A stretch of 64,000 nt of DNA. It comes from Gekko japonicus. Lineage: Eukaryota. This document shows positions 20,542-34,434 of the stretch, one piece after another. The stretch is from contig NW_015170904.1 of assembly GCF_001447785.1 (NCBI RefSeq), positions 330,939-394,938 on the forward strand, written 5' to 3'. Position 1 is the first letter of the stretch; each line of letters opens with the position of its first letter. The notes under the pieces are model-generated. The model had not been told where the DNA came from, did no database searches, and saw only the letters and a list, made by a program, of their open reading frames with translations. A program made the translations under genes and the position numbers.

Positions 20542-20752
20542 CAGGGGTCATTTGGGGGGGGGACACGGGGGGACGCCATCCCCCCCGGGTGAGGTGCGGG
20601 AGGGCGGGGCCTGGAGCTCCCTGCTGGTGCCCGCTGGAGGTCGCCGCCAGCTGTGGGGAGTACACACTTCCGGTGATGTCAGGGGGTGTAGCATATGCTA
20701 ATGAGTTATGGTAATGAGTCCCCCTAGCTCTTTTTCTACGAAATGACCCCTG
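20542..20752. mobile_element. hAT MITE (211 bp)
   Basis: 12-bp TIR CAGGGGTCATTT; perfect TSD GGTGTGAC. Confidence 0.93.
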
Positions 20753-23270
20753 GGTGTGACATGGCACTGTATGATTTTAGAGTGACTCCTTTCTTCTGGT
20801 AAACTGTGGTCTGGATTGATTTCATAGTTTGGTGGGAGAGCTGTAGGTAAGTGGACCCTACCTTTGGGCAGAATTGCACAAGATTTCCCCCCCCCCCCAA
20901 AACCCATGCAGCTGTTTGATTCTATTAATCTAGGTCTCACACTGCAGATTCATTTCAGTTTCATTGCTGTGCCCACTGAAATCAGGCTCCCAATCAGGTT
21001 TTAGCACAGAAACCTTTTTGGTGCTCCTGGTTGACACAGTCATCTAGAAAGTAGCAGCTGTGTTTTTTTCTAGGAGTTGATATCCCAAGTGATCAAAAGA
21101 GAAGGGCCTCCAGGATTAGGAGAAAATGTCAGGCATGGTGCAAGGTAGGCAAAAGGTCAAGTTGGCAGGTAGAAGGCCAGGTATTCAATTGGGCAGGATC
21201 TTTTTTAATAGAGTGAGTTTCAGTTTCCTTGGTTTTCTTGGTCAATGAATACCTAATCGACTGGTAGGACTTGTCGTGCTGTGTAGGTTGTGCCTGTGAT
21301 AACACTGTTCAGTCTGCAGTTCATCTCAACATGCTTTGTTGGTGAAAAGAAGGTAAAGTGCTGGACCCCATCATTAGGACTTCTTCTGCGAGGGATGGTA
21401 AGTATGCTGATGAAACTCAGTCTTTGTGTGTGGGCAGCTGGTTCATCTGGCACCAGAGTTTGTTGTCTTATATTAATCTTGTTGTATTTTAACTTTTAAT
21501 GTGTCTTGGTGCCGGGAAGCCATGTTTGCGTCACCCTGGGTTGAGAAGGAAGATGGGGAATAACATTTTTCAACACAAATACTTAAGAAAGCACTTTGTC
21601 CAAGGTGAACCACCTTGTATCATCTGGAGAGGTTGCATGTATGTGCATGCACTGCACACACTATGAAGATTGCGGGCAGCTATAAGAGTACCAGCTTTCT
21701 CTGAAGTGGTACCAAAGTTGTAGAACTTGCTCCCTCTGGAGCTCTCCTGACTCAATATGCAGGCAACTTCTGAAGGATTATGGAAGTGTTCTTTTTCTAA
21801 ATGAGCACTTGGAATGGTGTGAAACGTGTTTTTAATTTGTGCGCACTGGTGCATTTTATGGTTTTTATTATTGATTGTTTTATTATTTTAATTAATGGAT
21901 TGTTTTACTGGAGTTTCTAACCCTGCCTTGGATGCATGAGCAAATAAATAAATGTTTCTCGCAGAGGCAATGCCTTGCTGCTGTGTAAATTCTACATGTT
22001 TAGAATTCATCTGCCCTGAATGTTTGAGGATGTGGTCAGTTTCATTTAGTCGTGGTTTTTTTGGTTCTTCCTTTGGTTGCAGCCAAATAGAAAGTGTTTA
22101 GTAAATGTGATGGTACCTCTGTGGTTCTTCATAATAACAAATGGTAAATCTTTTGTGTTGTTTCCCACCCCTGGCATCACCACTGTACTGATAACACACT
22201 GTTTTAGCTTTTATCCAGAATATAGCTAGATATAAGTCTTGGCACGAACAAGACCTAAATGATTGCAAGCACCTGACTGAACAGGCTGCTTAGAGTAATA
22301 CAGGGAAATGGGTGGGCGGGGTGGAGAGATTGGGGCTCTGAATCTTACAGAAATGTGATGATTAGCAACCCCAGCTGAGACAGAAAGTTCAGGGCTAAGA
22401 AGTATGTCTGTGAAAGTATGATAGGCAGAGAGGCAGGGAAGTGTGTGATTATGTTAGGGCCAGGCTTGCAATAAAGTGCTGGTTCAAAAATGGAGTAGCT
22501 AGTAGGACCTAGCATCAGACAGACAGTTCCAAGTGGACAGCTTCTTGAAAAGGCTCCCTGTATTAGAAGGTTGTGGAAGTTTACACTTTAGGAAAACTTC
22601 CTGAGCTTACACCTCAGGAAGCTTGGCCGTTAAATACAAAAAAGTCCCTGTAATGAAATAGTGTTTCCGTATCATTGCCAGGTCCAGGAGAACAGCTGGT
22701 AAAGTCACATCACAATTGCAATGTACTACACTTCCCAGACTGGCCTGCCACTTACCCAATATTGTCTTAACCAGTCAGTGAGACTAAATCTCAGTCTGGG
22801 TCAGTTGTAAGCTTTAAAGGTAACCCACAGAGCTCCTCAAATGAATGCCAAAATCCTCCTCTCTAATATGCTGTCTTTCCATGGGCAATGGGTTTTGGGA
22901 ACATGGAAGAATGTAGTCAAGGGAATGGCTATGCAAACAAATCTGATGGGAAATTTCATACATCTGCAAACATACCTGAATATCGAGGATATTTGAGGAT
23001 TAACAGTGCAATCTTCGTCAATCGGACTTCAACAGATTTAGAAGGGTGTGAGTCCACTGAGGCAGGTTTAGCTCTTGCTGTAATATTGTCGTCAAATGCA
23101 TCAACTTCCTTTTCCTGTTGGGGCTGATATATTTTAGTCACTAAGAGAATGAACTGTGATCTGGGATGTCGCCAGTTCTGATATGAAGTCAGTAAGTGGC
23201 CGTATGAAACCGGCACACAGCTTTTGAGGTGTATTTGTTAGGTGTCAAATGCACATGTTAAGTCTTCTAA

Positions 23271-23714
23271 GGCCCCGGTCACACGGGAGGATTTGCCTGC
23301 GGAACGGACGGATTGAAGGCAGATTAAACTGGCACGATCAGATGCCAACATCTGACAAGCGTCATGAACCCGTCCCCAACCCATCCCTTCTGGCCGAAGA
23401 TGCGGAGTTAAAAAAACCCTGCAAAACACTACTACCTACTGGAAAACCCACAGAATAGGCGGCCATGTGATCGCCGACGTGCCCGTCTCCCGCAGCATCC
23501 GAGGCCCCCTGCCAAACTGCGCATGCACACACATGCGCAGCTGACTTGCCTCGCTCTCCTGTCCGTGGCTTCCCCCTCGGCATCTGATCACGCTGGGGAG
23601 CATATGCGCGGCGGCTCGGGGGACCTGTCTGATCCTGCTGCCGCGCTTCTCTTTTGCTGTGACTCTAAAAAGCCGCACTTCCGCCACGGCTTTTCCTGTG
23701 GTGTGACCGGGACC
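23271..23714. mobile_element. PIF/Harbinger MITE (444 bp)
   Basis: TIR ggccccggtcacac / gtgtgaccgggacc; TAA TSD; GC-rich. Confidence 0.88.
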
Positions 23715-23829
23715 TAAGTGAACTTACATGTCACGTGAAAAAAGAAATGGCCCCATGGTGTCTGTCAGATCTAGGCTAAGCTTTAACCTTGTCCCCTCAC
23801 AGTATCTAAAGAGAAGCATCTCTCCCTTC

Positions 23830-23995
23830 TTTCCAGGAACTCAGGGTTTCATACTTGCTTTGCCCTTCCCCATTTTACCTTTACCAACAACCATGTGAAA
23901 TTGAGAGACAGTATAACTAGCCCAAGGTGATTCAGTGAGTTTCATGACAGTGTGGTCTCCCAGATCCTAGTTCAACCAGTACTCTACACTGGCCC
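23830..23995 (-). mobile_element. Old Squam3/MIR-like SINE
   Basis: caacaaccatgtga...gcccaaggtga...ctcccagatcctag...ctacactgg. Confidence 0.6.
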
Positions 23996-24174
23996 TCAGT
24001 TTGGGAATAATAATACTTGGCCAGTTTTATAGGACTGTAGCAAGCATCACACCAATACAATGTATGTGAAGGGATTTGAGCACAGAAAGTGTTCTGTCAA
24101 TGTCAAGTATTATTGCTTCAGCAATTAATAATAATAATAATAACCATGGCGTGGTGGGGAGTAAAGGAATGCAT

Positions 24175-24739
24175 TGTAGGATCCTGTTGGGATTGTGGGA
24201 TGAACTTGTTCCATTTGTCCAGTAATCACATCCACTCCCATTGCCCCCTCTATCCTCATTTTCTTCTCTCCTCTACCTCCTCTTCACCAACAGGAGGAAA
24301 GACATTGGCTGCTAGAGGAGTTGGATACTGGCTATTGTGCTGGGGGGGGAATTCTCAGCCAGCTGCAGCCTCCCTCCCAACTCAAACTTTGCTGGTGCTC
24401 AGTGTCCTCTTCTTCCAGCATCTTCTTCTTCTTCTTTTTTTCTGGCAGCCATCTTCCCACCAGTACACCCTCAGTAGGGCTCTGCCTGCTCACCCATCCT
24501 TTGCTTGCTGTTCTGCCCAGGCATCCTCCTCACCATTCTACCCTCTTGCCTCTCTGACTGGCCCGCCACTGGAGCCCTCGGGCTGCAGGGGAGGGAAATG
24601 GTGGCACCTCCCACTCCTCCTACCCTGCCCACCTGCTGCATTACTGCTTCAAAGGTGATGGCTTCCACTTCTCCTCCCTTGCCCTGTTCCTCTGTTCCTC
24701 CTCCCCTGCCCAACTGCACCCCTACCTAGTCAGGACACA
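24175..24739. mobile_element. Possible old solo LTR
   Basis: Pyrimidine-rich block ending caggacaca; possible attg duplication; ends degenerate. Confidence 0.25.
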
Positions 24740-25240
24740 ATTGTCTGTGGTTGCACAGACCTCTGTTGTACTTGATGGGGTGGTTATTACCACTAATCCA
24801 TTTTTGAAAATGTTTTCATGTTTCTAATCAAACCTAGGCCTTCCTCTAGGTTTGCAGAAAAATCCATGTTGTCTGTACATGGTCAGGATCTGCAGATTTA
24901 AATATCTATAGCTGAGGACATGTTGACTATTAGATATATTTGTAGAAACACTTTGAGCAGTCTCCCCACCCCACCCCAACCTGGCTCATTTTTGGTATTG
25001 AGGCTGGGAAAAAAACATTGCTTAGAACAACTAAGCATTGCCAGGTAAAGAGAAAGTGTTGACAGAGTTTTGTTCAGTTTTCTGTATTTATGACAGAAGG
25101 AAGATTTGAACTGCTGATTTCGCAAATCATAGCTCGTTCTCTTACCCACAGGCAATAATGGCTCCAGTAAGAAAAGTAAAGTGATACAGCCATGTACTTC
25201 ATTTGAATTTAAAAAGAGATCTCCCCACTTTATATAAAAG

Positions 25241-25654
25241 TAGGGTTGCCAACAGCCTGGAGGAATGATGACATAGCCCTTTAATCTCTAATCTATTTCT
25301 TTAATCTGGAGAATCAGGTTTGATTCCTTGTTCCTCCACATGAAGCCAGCTGGGGGACCTTGGGTCAGTCACAGTTCTCTCAGAGCTCTCTCAGTCCCAC
25401 CTACCTCACAGGGTGTCTGTTGTGGGGAGAGGGAAGGGAAGGCGATTGTAAGCCTCCCGGAGACTCCTTCGGGTAGTGAAAAGCGGGGTACAAAACCCAA
25501 CTCTTCTTCTCTTCTTTATAGAGGCTTAATGGGGCTTCTTTACCAGGTAATATCATTCACCTCCATGCTATGAAAAGTTTCTGCTGCCCATTTGCACACA
25601 TGAAGCCTCTATTAAATGGGCAGGACATTTCCCCCCCAGGCTGTTGGTAACCTC
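25241..25654. mobile_element. hAT-like MITE carrying a nested SINE
   Basis: TIR tagggttgccaacagcctgg / ccaggctgttggtaacc. Confidence 0.75.
25302..25514 (+). mobile_element. Squam3B-like SINE (nested)
   Basis: Family match with (CTT) tail. Confidence 0.8.
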
Positions 25655-28600
25655 CTGTATGTATGTATGTATTTATTTATTTATATCTTCGGTTTATATA
25701 CCGCCCTGACCCCGAAGGGTCTCTGGGCGGTTTACATAGTAATACAAATAGGTGGACATGTGAATAAATGCATATAGGTCCTGTGTCACTTCTAATGTGG
25801 CCTGAGATGGACTGTTGTGAGTTGGTTTTCATAGATGTAGACTGTCTCAAACTGCTGCCAAAGGTTATTGAGTTTCCTGAGTGCTTGGGTGTGAGAGGCA
25901 ACAAGCTTTACTCATAATATACATCCACTGCCTCACCATTGGCTATAATCTACTAGCATTTTTCTGGTTCTCGTCTTTGTTCTATCATTCTCCTCCTGTC
26001 TCAATGCAACAAGAAATTATAAGGCAATAGATTTTTGGCAAGCTTTTAATTAAAGGCATTACAATGTTTAAAACAAAGGTCCTTTCCTGCTTGCTGAGTA
26101 TGGAATCTGTAAAACTCTCCCCACTTTAACAATCCCTCGAGAGAGAGAGAGAGAGTGCGGCTGTATACTTTGGATAGGATGGAAAGAGCAATACACATTT
26201 TGGATATTCTTTTGAGGCATCAAGTGAATGTGCTACTCTTGTGTACACTGGCTTGGCTTACTTTGAGTAATGGTTGCCAGATTCTTCTGCTGCTTATTAA
26301 AATAAGACCATTAGAGAGATTCATATTTTTTTTAACAGGAAAGTAGGCCAGCCCTACAGACAGTGTTTTGGGATGGGCTTCTTTGGATTTTGCAAACCAA
26401 AGGAAGCATGCTTTGCTGTAGCCAGAAGATAAATCACACATTCTGCTGGGCTAGTGTCAAAGGTTTGACTGATACACAGGGTTCATTTCTGAGATTATAT
26501 ACTCTCCCACCCAAAGACCTCAGTCAACACAGGAAAGCTAATCCTTCAGTTTGGCTAACAGAGTGCTTCTCTTGCATGCCCTTGGTCCAAAAATTGACAT
26601 GTGTTTTTGCCCTACTGTGAGCTTGGCCAGATTGAAACACAAACAACAGTTGAGAAGTGATGCAACTAGGGCTTGATTCATGGGTTTGTTTTTTGGACTG
26701 TAACATTTGCATGCACATCTGAGAGAATGTTGATTCTCAAGCGTTTCCTTTTTCACGTGTGAATGAAAATGAAGCTGTCACATGTGGACTTCATCACTTC
26801 GAACCAGAAACCATTAACTGGTCTTGAGCGACACAATTCAGATTTAGGCATGTAAAAAAAAATAGGTTTTCACCTCAGGCCTCTGAATGGCAGAAAGGTT
26901 GCCCTCCTTAAAAAGCTTTCTACAAACTGGGATTTTAGGATCACCCATTTTTGTGACATTTTCAATGAAAAATGAAACCTATAAGAGGTGCGGGGAAGGT
27001 AATTTTACTTGTCTGTTTCCAGGAATGTGCAACTGTAATAAATGGACACTTTATATAACCTGATATAAATTGCAACAGTACAGAAAAGCTGTATTATTCA
27101 TCATGCCCCCTTCATTTAAATTTAGGAGTCAAAGAGGTTTTGCTTCTTCAGCTTAAACAACTTATTTCTGACTACCTTGGTAATTGTTAGCAAAGACGGT
27201 AAGTGGAAGGGAGGAGATCTTCCAGATCATTAACACAGAAGGATACACAGATGTAATAATGGATTTTAATTGTATTCATTTGAACATGAATACATTTATG
27301 TTAAGATTTAAGTACCGTTCCTATTAAAAATTAAACTTTGAGAGGCTAGTGTGCGTATTCTGTCATCTGTCAGGTCCAATGTTTGCATATTAGCTGTAAC
27401 GTTTCAGTCATAAAGTGGGCAGTTGAAGCCACAAATGCCCTTGGGAGTGGGCACCTCTGTCTCATGAGAGCGTATTTTTTTCATGGGTGCTTTTCACCAA
27501 CTGGAGAAACAATGGCAGTGGAGTTCTCAGGAGAGCAGTAAAAACTTGCATGCTGCCCTCAAGTCTTTCTGATTTCTCCCCCCCCTCTCTCTTCTCTTCC
27601 CTTCTACGTCCACAGCTATTTTGCAGCCAGGCAATCCCCTTCCAGCATTGCCTCTAGAAGAAGAGTAACTCTGGCATGCACATTCCCCAGTGGGAGAACT
27701 TGTGTGGATGGTAATTTTAATGAGACCTGATTTAAGCAGTAGAATGGGTCCATAAAACTAATACAAACAGACTTTCAAAAGCCTTTGCTACTTGTCAAGC
27801 ACGGCAGTTGCCCACAAATGGTGGAGAAGCATCCATAAGCTTAAATAACAATATCATAATAACCTTGGGAGAACTTGACATGCTGCTTCAAGGGGCCAGA
27901 TTAAAAAAAGAGAGAGAGAGAGAGAGAACTGCTTAAGGGTGGGGAAAAGTCCACTGCAAGAAAGCCCAGGAACAAAAGGAGTTGTTTTCAGAAACTTTTG
28001 TTAGGAAACAAGTTTGTATAGGATTCTGTATCCTGCCCCATCTTTCTGTTTATCTCCAAGTAACCGAACATTCGTGTTTTCATGAAAAATACCTCAAGTC
28101 AGATTTTCCAAAAATGTGCTTAATTGCATTTATTTTCCCTTTGCATAATTTATCCACTTCTTTGGTACCCCAGTGGAGAACCAGAGTGGCTTACATCTCT
28201 GCTCTATTTTTAATTATCCCACTTGTTTCCCTTCCCACCACTGAACATTTTGGGATGTACTTCTGGACTGTTGTTCCTTTGTTCTTATTGTTCATCACAT
28301 GGGAGAGAAGGAGACTTGGGACTGATACAGCCTTGTGGTTATGAAAGTGAAGGGGCTAAAAATGTATGGAATAGAGTTCCACCTCCCATGCTACTGGTTG
28401 AACTTTATGTGGAATAATCTATGTATATATGCATAATAAACAATAAGTACAAAAAGCTCCTAAAAGAGTTTAAGCTAATATGCAAGATGTGCTTTTTATA
28501 GATTTACTCATTTGGCAATATGGACCAAATAAGGACTGTCTTGAAGATCTTAGAGGCAGAAATGTTCCCTGAAATGTGCTGGGCTCAGATTTATATTACA

Positions 28601-28985
28601 TTTTACAGAATTAAAACCACTTGGGCCCAGAAGCTATAAGATGCAGCCTGGGCAAATAATGTTGGGCAAATAAGGGATTCATTGTACCCCATTGGGAAGG
28701 GGGTAGGAATTAATGATATCTGGGAGGTTCAGGCAACTGATTTTTTTCTTACTTACATTGTGATAAATGTAGCTATATCAGAGTCATTTTCTCTTTTATG
28801 CTACAAAGCTAATGTGAGAGAAATTCAAACTTAAAACTTGTGTTGGTTGTTATTTGTTGGAATTCTGGTTCTTCGTGTCAAGAGCCGCAGGGGCTTACAT
28901 ACCTCCTTGTATGACAGCTGGCAGAACTCAGTCAATATTGAACTTTTCCCCTATGCGATTGCCGGCAAGTATCTGGAACACTATA

Positions 28986-29170
28986 GCCCAGGCTAGCCTG
29001 ATCTCGTCAGATTTTGGAAGCTAAGCAGGATCGGCCCTGGCTAGTATTTGGATGGGAGACCTCCAAGTAATACTAGGGTTGTGATGTGGAGGCAGGCATT
29101 GACAAACCACCTCTTGCCTTGAAAACCTTATGGGGTCACCATAAGTCAACTGTGCCTTGACAAAAGAAAG
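28986..29170 (+). mobile_element. 5S rRNA-derived SINE (5S-Sauria type)
   Basis: cctgatctcgtcagattttggaagctaagcagg...tagtatttggatgggagacc matches 5S rRNA boxes A and C; Sauria-type tail; 15-bp TSD atctggaacactRta. Confidence 0.88.
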
Positions 29171-29979
29171 ATCTGGAACACTGTAAGATTATGATAGAAT
29201 CACTAAGTGGTGTTCGGGGGGGGGGGGGAAAGGTCATTCATGATTATTGACCCCTCAGCAGATTTCCAAGCATCGGAATACTACTATATCTGGTTGTCTA
29301 TAGAAGTACTCGAGATTATTGAGTGTGCCTTCCAAGATTCTTTTTCTGATTGCCATCAAGATGACAGCCTCTGAACGAACAATTTCTAGTGTATTGGTGA
29401 GTTTCCTGAAACTCAGCCAAGGCAGTATCATAAATGTAAAGACTGTGAAAGTTGATTTGCGGGGGCCCCCCCACTTTAAATCCCACAAGGTAAACTAAAT
29501 GATTTTGCACTTTGAGTGGATTCAGATCATTGCACTTAGCTGTGCATTTATTATATAAATTTGTCCTCCAACTCAAGTGTTAAGTATGTATTATGGAACC
29601 CCACAGCCCATCTGAGCGCTTGCAGTGTGCAAATATTTTTTAAATTTTGTAATTAAATAGGAGTTGGGCAGCAGTGTCCACTAAAGTGATTCATTAATTG
29701 AATGACTTGATTAAATTTCATGTTATTTTCATTTATACGGCAAGGGCATGCATCTCTGGCATCACTGGGGATTCCTTGCAAGGCTGTCAGCAGCCAGTTC
29801 AGAGGTCCTCTATAAGAAATCTTTAGCACCCAATTAAATATTAACCAAGAAGATGTGGCTTGCTCTTTCTCTTGTCGAAACCAAGTTTTGACATCTGAGG
29901 CTTTAGGTATAAATTTGCTCCACAGGATCATTCTCTGTGCACTCTTGTTTTTCACTAGCTTGTTTCTAAATTAATGTTA

Positions 29980-29982
<3 letters not shown>

Positions 29983-30010
<28 letters not shown>
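29983..30010. repeat. (AT)n microsatellite
   Basis: Direct observation. Confidence 0.95.
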
Positions 30011-30923
30011 CTTCCTGTGTAATTGTGCTGGGGCGGTTCGCTGCCGAATAAAGTATGTAAATAAAAAATGCCCTTTTAATTTCGTGTTAAGTATGCCTTG
30101 CCACTGTTGCAGCCGGGCTGTATCTGTTTCCTCAGAGTGTCATTTTAAAGGTATTGTGGTTTCTGAGCAGCAGCTGTGATTGAAAAGTATGTAAACTAAT
30201 CTGTTCTTGCTCATGTCATTTTTATATTCTTGTGTCAGAACACCAGAAGGCTGCTTTAAATTTGTCTTTCACTGTGTATTAGTTCTCGAGTCTAATTTTT
30301 TTTTTGCCTTCGTGTATATACTCCATTCTTTACTACACATGGCAATTCTGTGCCAAAGTAAATGGCTACACATGAAAAGATCCTAAAATAGTTCTTGCTT
30401 GATTACTGTACAATATTATGTTTATTTTGAGGGAGAGTTTTTATTACCTTTACATAAAAGTACGATTATCCTGCACAGTATCCATGTTGTAGAAAGAGAA
30501 ATAATCAAACACGCTGTATTTATTAGTCTAAAATGCAATAACTTTGCATGATCGTTTTTCCACAAGAGGAAGAAAGTAGGGGTGGGGATTTTCGAGGGTG
30601 CATTAAGACATAGCCTCTATGTTGTCATAGATTTTTTAAAAATAAATCCATATTAATTTTATACCGTGGATAAATATTTCTTTATAAAATCATCAGACTC
30701 CTCATGGACTGAAAATTAAATGAGATTGTAGGTAACGATTTATTCATGTCATACCACACACCTGATCGTGTCTCAGCTTGATATCGTTTTTGCCAGAAAG
30801 CTTTCTACTGAAATTCTTATGTTCTGTTATGAAGGGCAAAAAAGGAAATAAATTGAGTTAGGAATGCATGGGAATGAATCAAGAGTGAACAAAAGTTATT
30901 ATTCAAAGGAAGTATGCGAGGCA

Positions 30924-31123
30924 TAGGGGTGCCAACTCTGGGTTGGGAAATTCCTGGAGATTTTGAGGTAGAGCCTGAGGAGGGTGGGGTTTGGGGAGGA
31001 AATAATACCATGGAGTTCACATTCCAAAGCAACCATTTTTCCACGGAAACTGATCCGTGTAGTCTGGAGATCAGCCATAATTATGGGAGATCTCCAGGCC
31101 CCACCTGGAAGTTGGCAACACTT
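30924..31123 (+). mobile_element. hAT-like MITE (TAGGGTTGCCA family)
   Basis: TIRs; degenerate 8-bp TSD gcgaggca/gtcaggca. Confidence 0.8.
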
Positions 31124-32620
31124 GTCAGGCACAGAACATCTGTTTATGCCAGTTTGGTGTTGAGAATGCAATGGTTCTTGATATTATATAATAAATGTTT
31201 CTAGCATTTGGTCCGACTTGAGAGAGGCATATGGAATAAACAGTAAGTGTCTATGCTGTATATGAATAATGTCGATTCAAATATACAGTAGCTGAATCTA
31301 AAGTATTATTTCACAGAATTAGAGTCAGACTAAAGGGGCCTCCTGATTTAAAACATAACCTAAATTTTGATTTTGAAACAGAGACAGGTTTTTTTTCTGG
31401 CAAAAGTTTTGATATGCAATTTATTTTCTGAATTTTACTCTGTAAAACTGTCACAGGGTTTTATAATACAAAAGAACGGATGCCACTTTAACAAGAGTTG
31501 CTTTTTAATAAAGAACTAATAACACTTTAGTGAGACTTAGGTATATACGTTTCCCTTGACTGTCAAAAGAATTGTTTGGTGAATAATTGTGTCCAAATCT
31601 GGTAAATATAAAGATGATTATTTCTGTTTGGAAAGTATGTTGCTCGTTTATGCTTACCAGGTATGTGCAAGTTCATTGGCCCACCTAGTTCTTTGTGGGT
31701 AACTGCTTTTGATTTCCTAGAATTCAAAATAAAACCTCATGTTAAAGTCAAACGAAAAAGGGTTTAACCTAAAGCAATTAATAGATTCATGGTCTTGTCT
31801 CAATAATATGAAGGTAGCCTTGTTCTGATCAGGCCAAATACACATATTTCCAAATCAAACAGTTTAATTCTAGCCCTTCTTCCACATTTCTGTAAAGAAC
31901 ACAAGTTTTGATTTTTCCCCTTTGGATTATCCTGATTTGATGTTTTATTATTTTAAGTGTAAACCTTGAGAGGACTGGAGAGGCAGCATAGAGGTCTCCT
32001 AAACAAACAAACAAAATTTCACTATCTATGCTGATGGTTTCTAGCACCATTAAACATGAGAGAAGAAATATATTTACCCAGGTGTCCCAGGAGTCATCAG
32101 CAATGGAACATGAAATCAGAAATTGAAATTTGTTGAATCCAAGAGGATTTTATTTTTAGTTGTCTTCATAAAAGGAAAAAAAAGAAAGAAAAGAAATAGA
32201 CCTGGAAGCTGGTCTTGGGAAGCCAATAGAATGGCATATGGCAGGCGCTGAAGCACCAGATGCTACAACTAAAATAATATCTTCAGTAGTTTGCTATCCA
32301 GCTCCAGCTGTGCTAACCTATGGCTTGTAACCAGACATGTGCTTTGCACTTGCCAAGTGGTCGCCAGACACTAAAGCAGACTTCAGCAATTAGTGTGGTT
32401 CCCCATCCTGTGGCTAGGCTCACTGTGTGTGTCCTTCTGATTGTGGTCCAAAGCAGAGATTGTCTGTGATCTAATGACACAAACCCTGCTTGATTGTCCA
32501 AGGGAGAGCCTCCTTTTTGCTGAACTTAGAGTCTACATATCCCACCCACTACTTTGCCCTCTTAATTAGGAGTTTGCTGAAATGCCACCATTGATGAACG
32601 TTCTGCAGAAGGCTTGTTTG

Positions 32621-32908
32621 AGAGAGCCAGTTTGGTGTAGTGGTTAAGTGCACGGACTCTAATCTGGGAGAACCAGGTTTGATTCCCCACTCCTCCACTG
32701 GCACCTGGCTGGATGACCTTGGGCAAGCATTAGTTCTGGCACAGCTGTTCTTGAAAAAGAGCAGTTTCTGTCAGAGCTCTCTCAGCCCCACCTACCTCAC
32801 AGGGTATCTGTTGTGGGGAGGGGGATGGAAAGGAGTTTGTAAGCCGCTCTGAGACACCTTTGGGTAGTGAAGGGCAGGGTATAAATCCAATCTCTTCTTC
32901 TTCTTCTT
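32621..32908 (+). mobile_element. Full-length Squam3B-like SINE
   Basis: A box tggtgtagtgg, B box ggtttgattcc, MIR-like gaccttgggcaag and cctacctcacaggg, (CTT)n tail. Confidence 0.88.
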
Positions 32909-33244
32909 GTGACTGAGCAAAGGCTTTTGAATATAAGCCTTGATGGCATCTAGCAAGTCATATCGAAATGCAGAAAGCTCCTTTGCTTAAATATGGAGGA
33001 GTTCCGCAAAACTGTTTTCCAGTTATAGTCACTTGCAGTCCATTGACTGTTGCTCTGGAGAACTCCAGTTTGGCGGTACGTGAAGGACTGCATTGAGAAG
33101 ATGAGTGTATGCATGGAACATCACACACCACTATTTGGATGTTTGGTACTGATTACATTTTAGTTGAGGCTATCCCATATGAATCATTATGATGCATACT
33201 GCATATATTTTGCCAGAAGAAAGTTAACCAGACAAAGGCATGGC

Positions 33245-33430
33245 ATCCAGCTTGTGTGGTACAGTGGTTAGAAGTTTGAACTGGTATAGTGGTTAGAATG
33301 TGAACCTCACTGGGTGACTTTGGGCCAACCATGCTAAACTTCCTCATAGTAGTGTTGTGAGGATAGAGTGAAAGAGAAAACAATGATGTGTGCTACTTTT
33401 AGTACCTTGGGGGTGACTAATAAAAATAAA
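33245..33430 (+). mobile_element. Old Squam3/MIR-like SINE
   Basis: tggtacagtggttaga...gggtgactttgggc...cctcatagtagtgttgtgagg. Confidence 0.55.
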
Positions 33431-34000
33431 GAATCCAAACTATTTTGCAAATTGAAAAGCACTTTATCTACTTTACAGCACCAAGAATGGTGATCCAGTT
33501 TTCACTTTGACTTTATCACAGTTTTGCAATTATAAACTTGAGGTTGTATTTCAGACTGATTTTCCACGAATGTTACCAGTCACATATCATGCCAGTTCTT
33601 AAAGAATGGGATGATTTCTTCGAGGCACAATTCAAAATGGTTGTCATTACCTTTAAAGTCCCATAGGATCTATATCCAAGGAAGTTAAAGGACTTTCTTG
33701 TTCTTCTATTAATTGGACCAACAACTAAAATCTTCTAATGAAGTCCTACTTCAAATGCCCTTATTTTCTAAAGTGAGGTGTATAGTCACTCAAGATGGGG
33801 CTTTTTCTGTAGCTTCACCTTGCTTATGATGGCAAACCATCTCTGTTAGCCTCTTGCTTTGAAAAACCTGTGGGGGCACAGTAAATTGGCTGTGACGTGA
33901 CAGCACATTACACACACATCTTGCCTAGGAAATGACCTTCCAATTTGAGCCCAATAGCCAGGGATGATGGACCTTCATTCTATTTGTATCTGATTAAATG

Positions 34001-34434
34001 CCACGCGGCAGGGGATAAGTCGCTCAAAGCGCGGCTTTTAAAAGCCGCGCCAAAGTTGAGATGCTGCGGCGGGATCCCACGATCCCCTGGGCTGCGGCGC
34101 CTTTTCTCCCCGGCATGATCAGATGCCAGGGAGAAAACACAGTTCAGACGGGGAGCCTGCCGAACTGCGCATGTCGGAGCATGCGCAGTTCGGCTAGGAG
34201 CCGGGGATGAGCCGGCGCAAAGACGCGCCGGCGATCCGACGGCCTGGCTTGCGGCGCTTCAAGCAGAACCACCACCCAGGTAGGTGGTTCTTTGTAGTGC
34301 GGGTTTTCGGGCGGAAAGGACAGATCGGGGACGGGCAGGCAACGCTTCCCAGATGTTGTCGTGGGATCGCGCCCGTTTGCTCCGCCCCCGATCCGTCCCG
34401 CTCCCGGCCCAAAACCCCTAGTGTGAACAGGACC
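34001..34434. mobile_element. Harbinger-type MITE lacking its left TIR
   Basis: Right TIR gtgtgaacaggacc; internal tgatcagatgcc motif shared with 23271 and 35193; GC-rich. Confidence 0.7.

Noticed and set aside
21288-21397. Possible + strand exon ending ATG|GTAAGT
   Set aside because: Weak acceptor, unrecognisable peptide, no partner exons.
24089-24658. 189-aa ORF
   Set aside because: Low-complexity translation of pyrimidine-rich repeat; GTG start.
28990-29070. 5S rRNA gene
   Set aside because: Truncated and diverged, fused to a retroposon tail with TSD, so it is a SINE.
29255-29488. Protein-like minus-strand ORF (...RKRILEGTLNNLEYFYRQPD...)
   Set aside because: No recognisable homology and poor splice context.
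32621-32700. tRNA gene (also 1488, 5112, 39016, 46403)
   Set aside because: A and B boxes are SINE heads; no intact cloverleaf.
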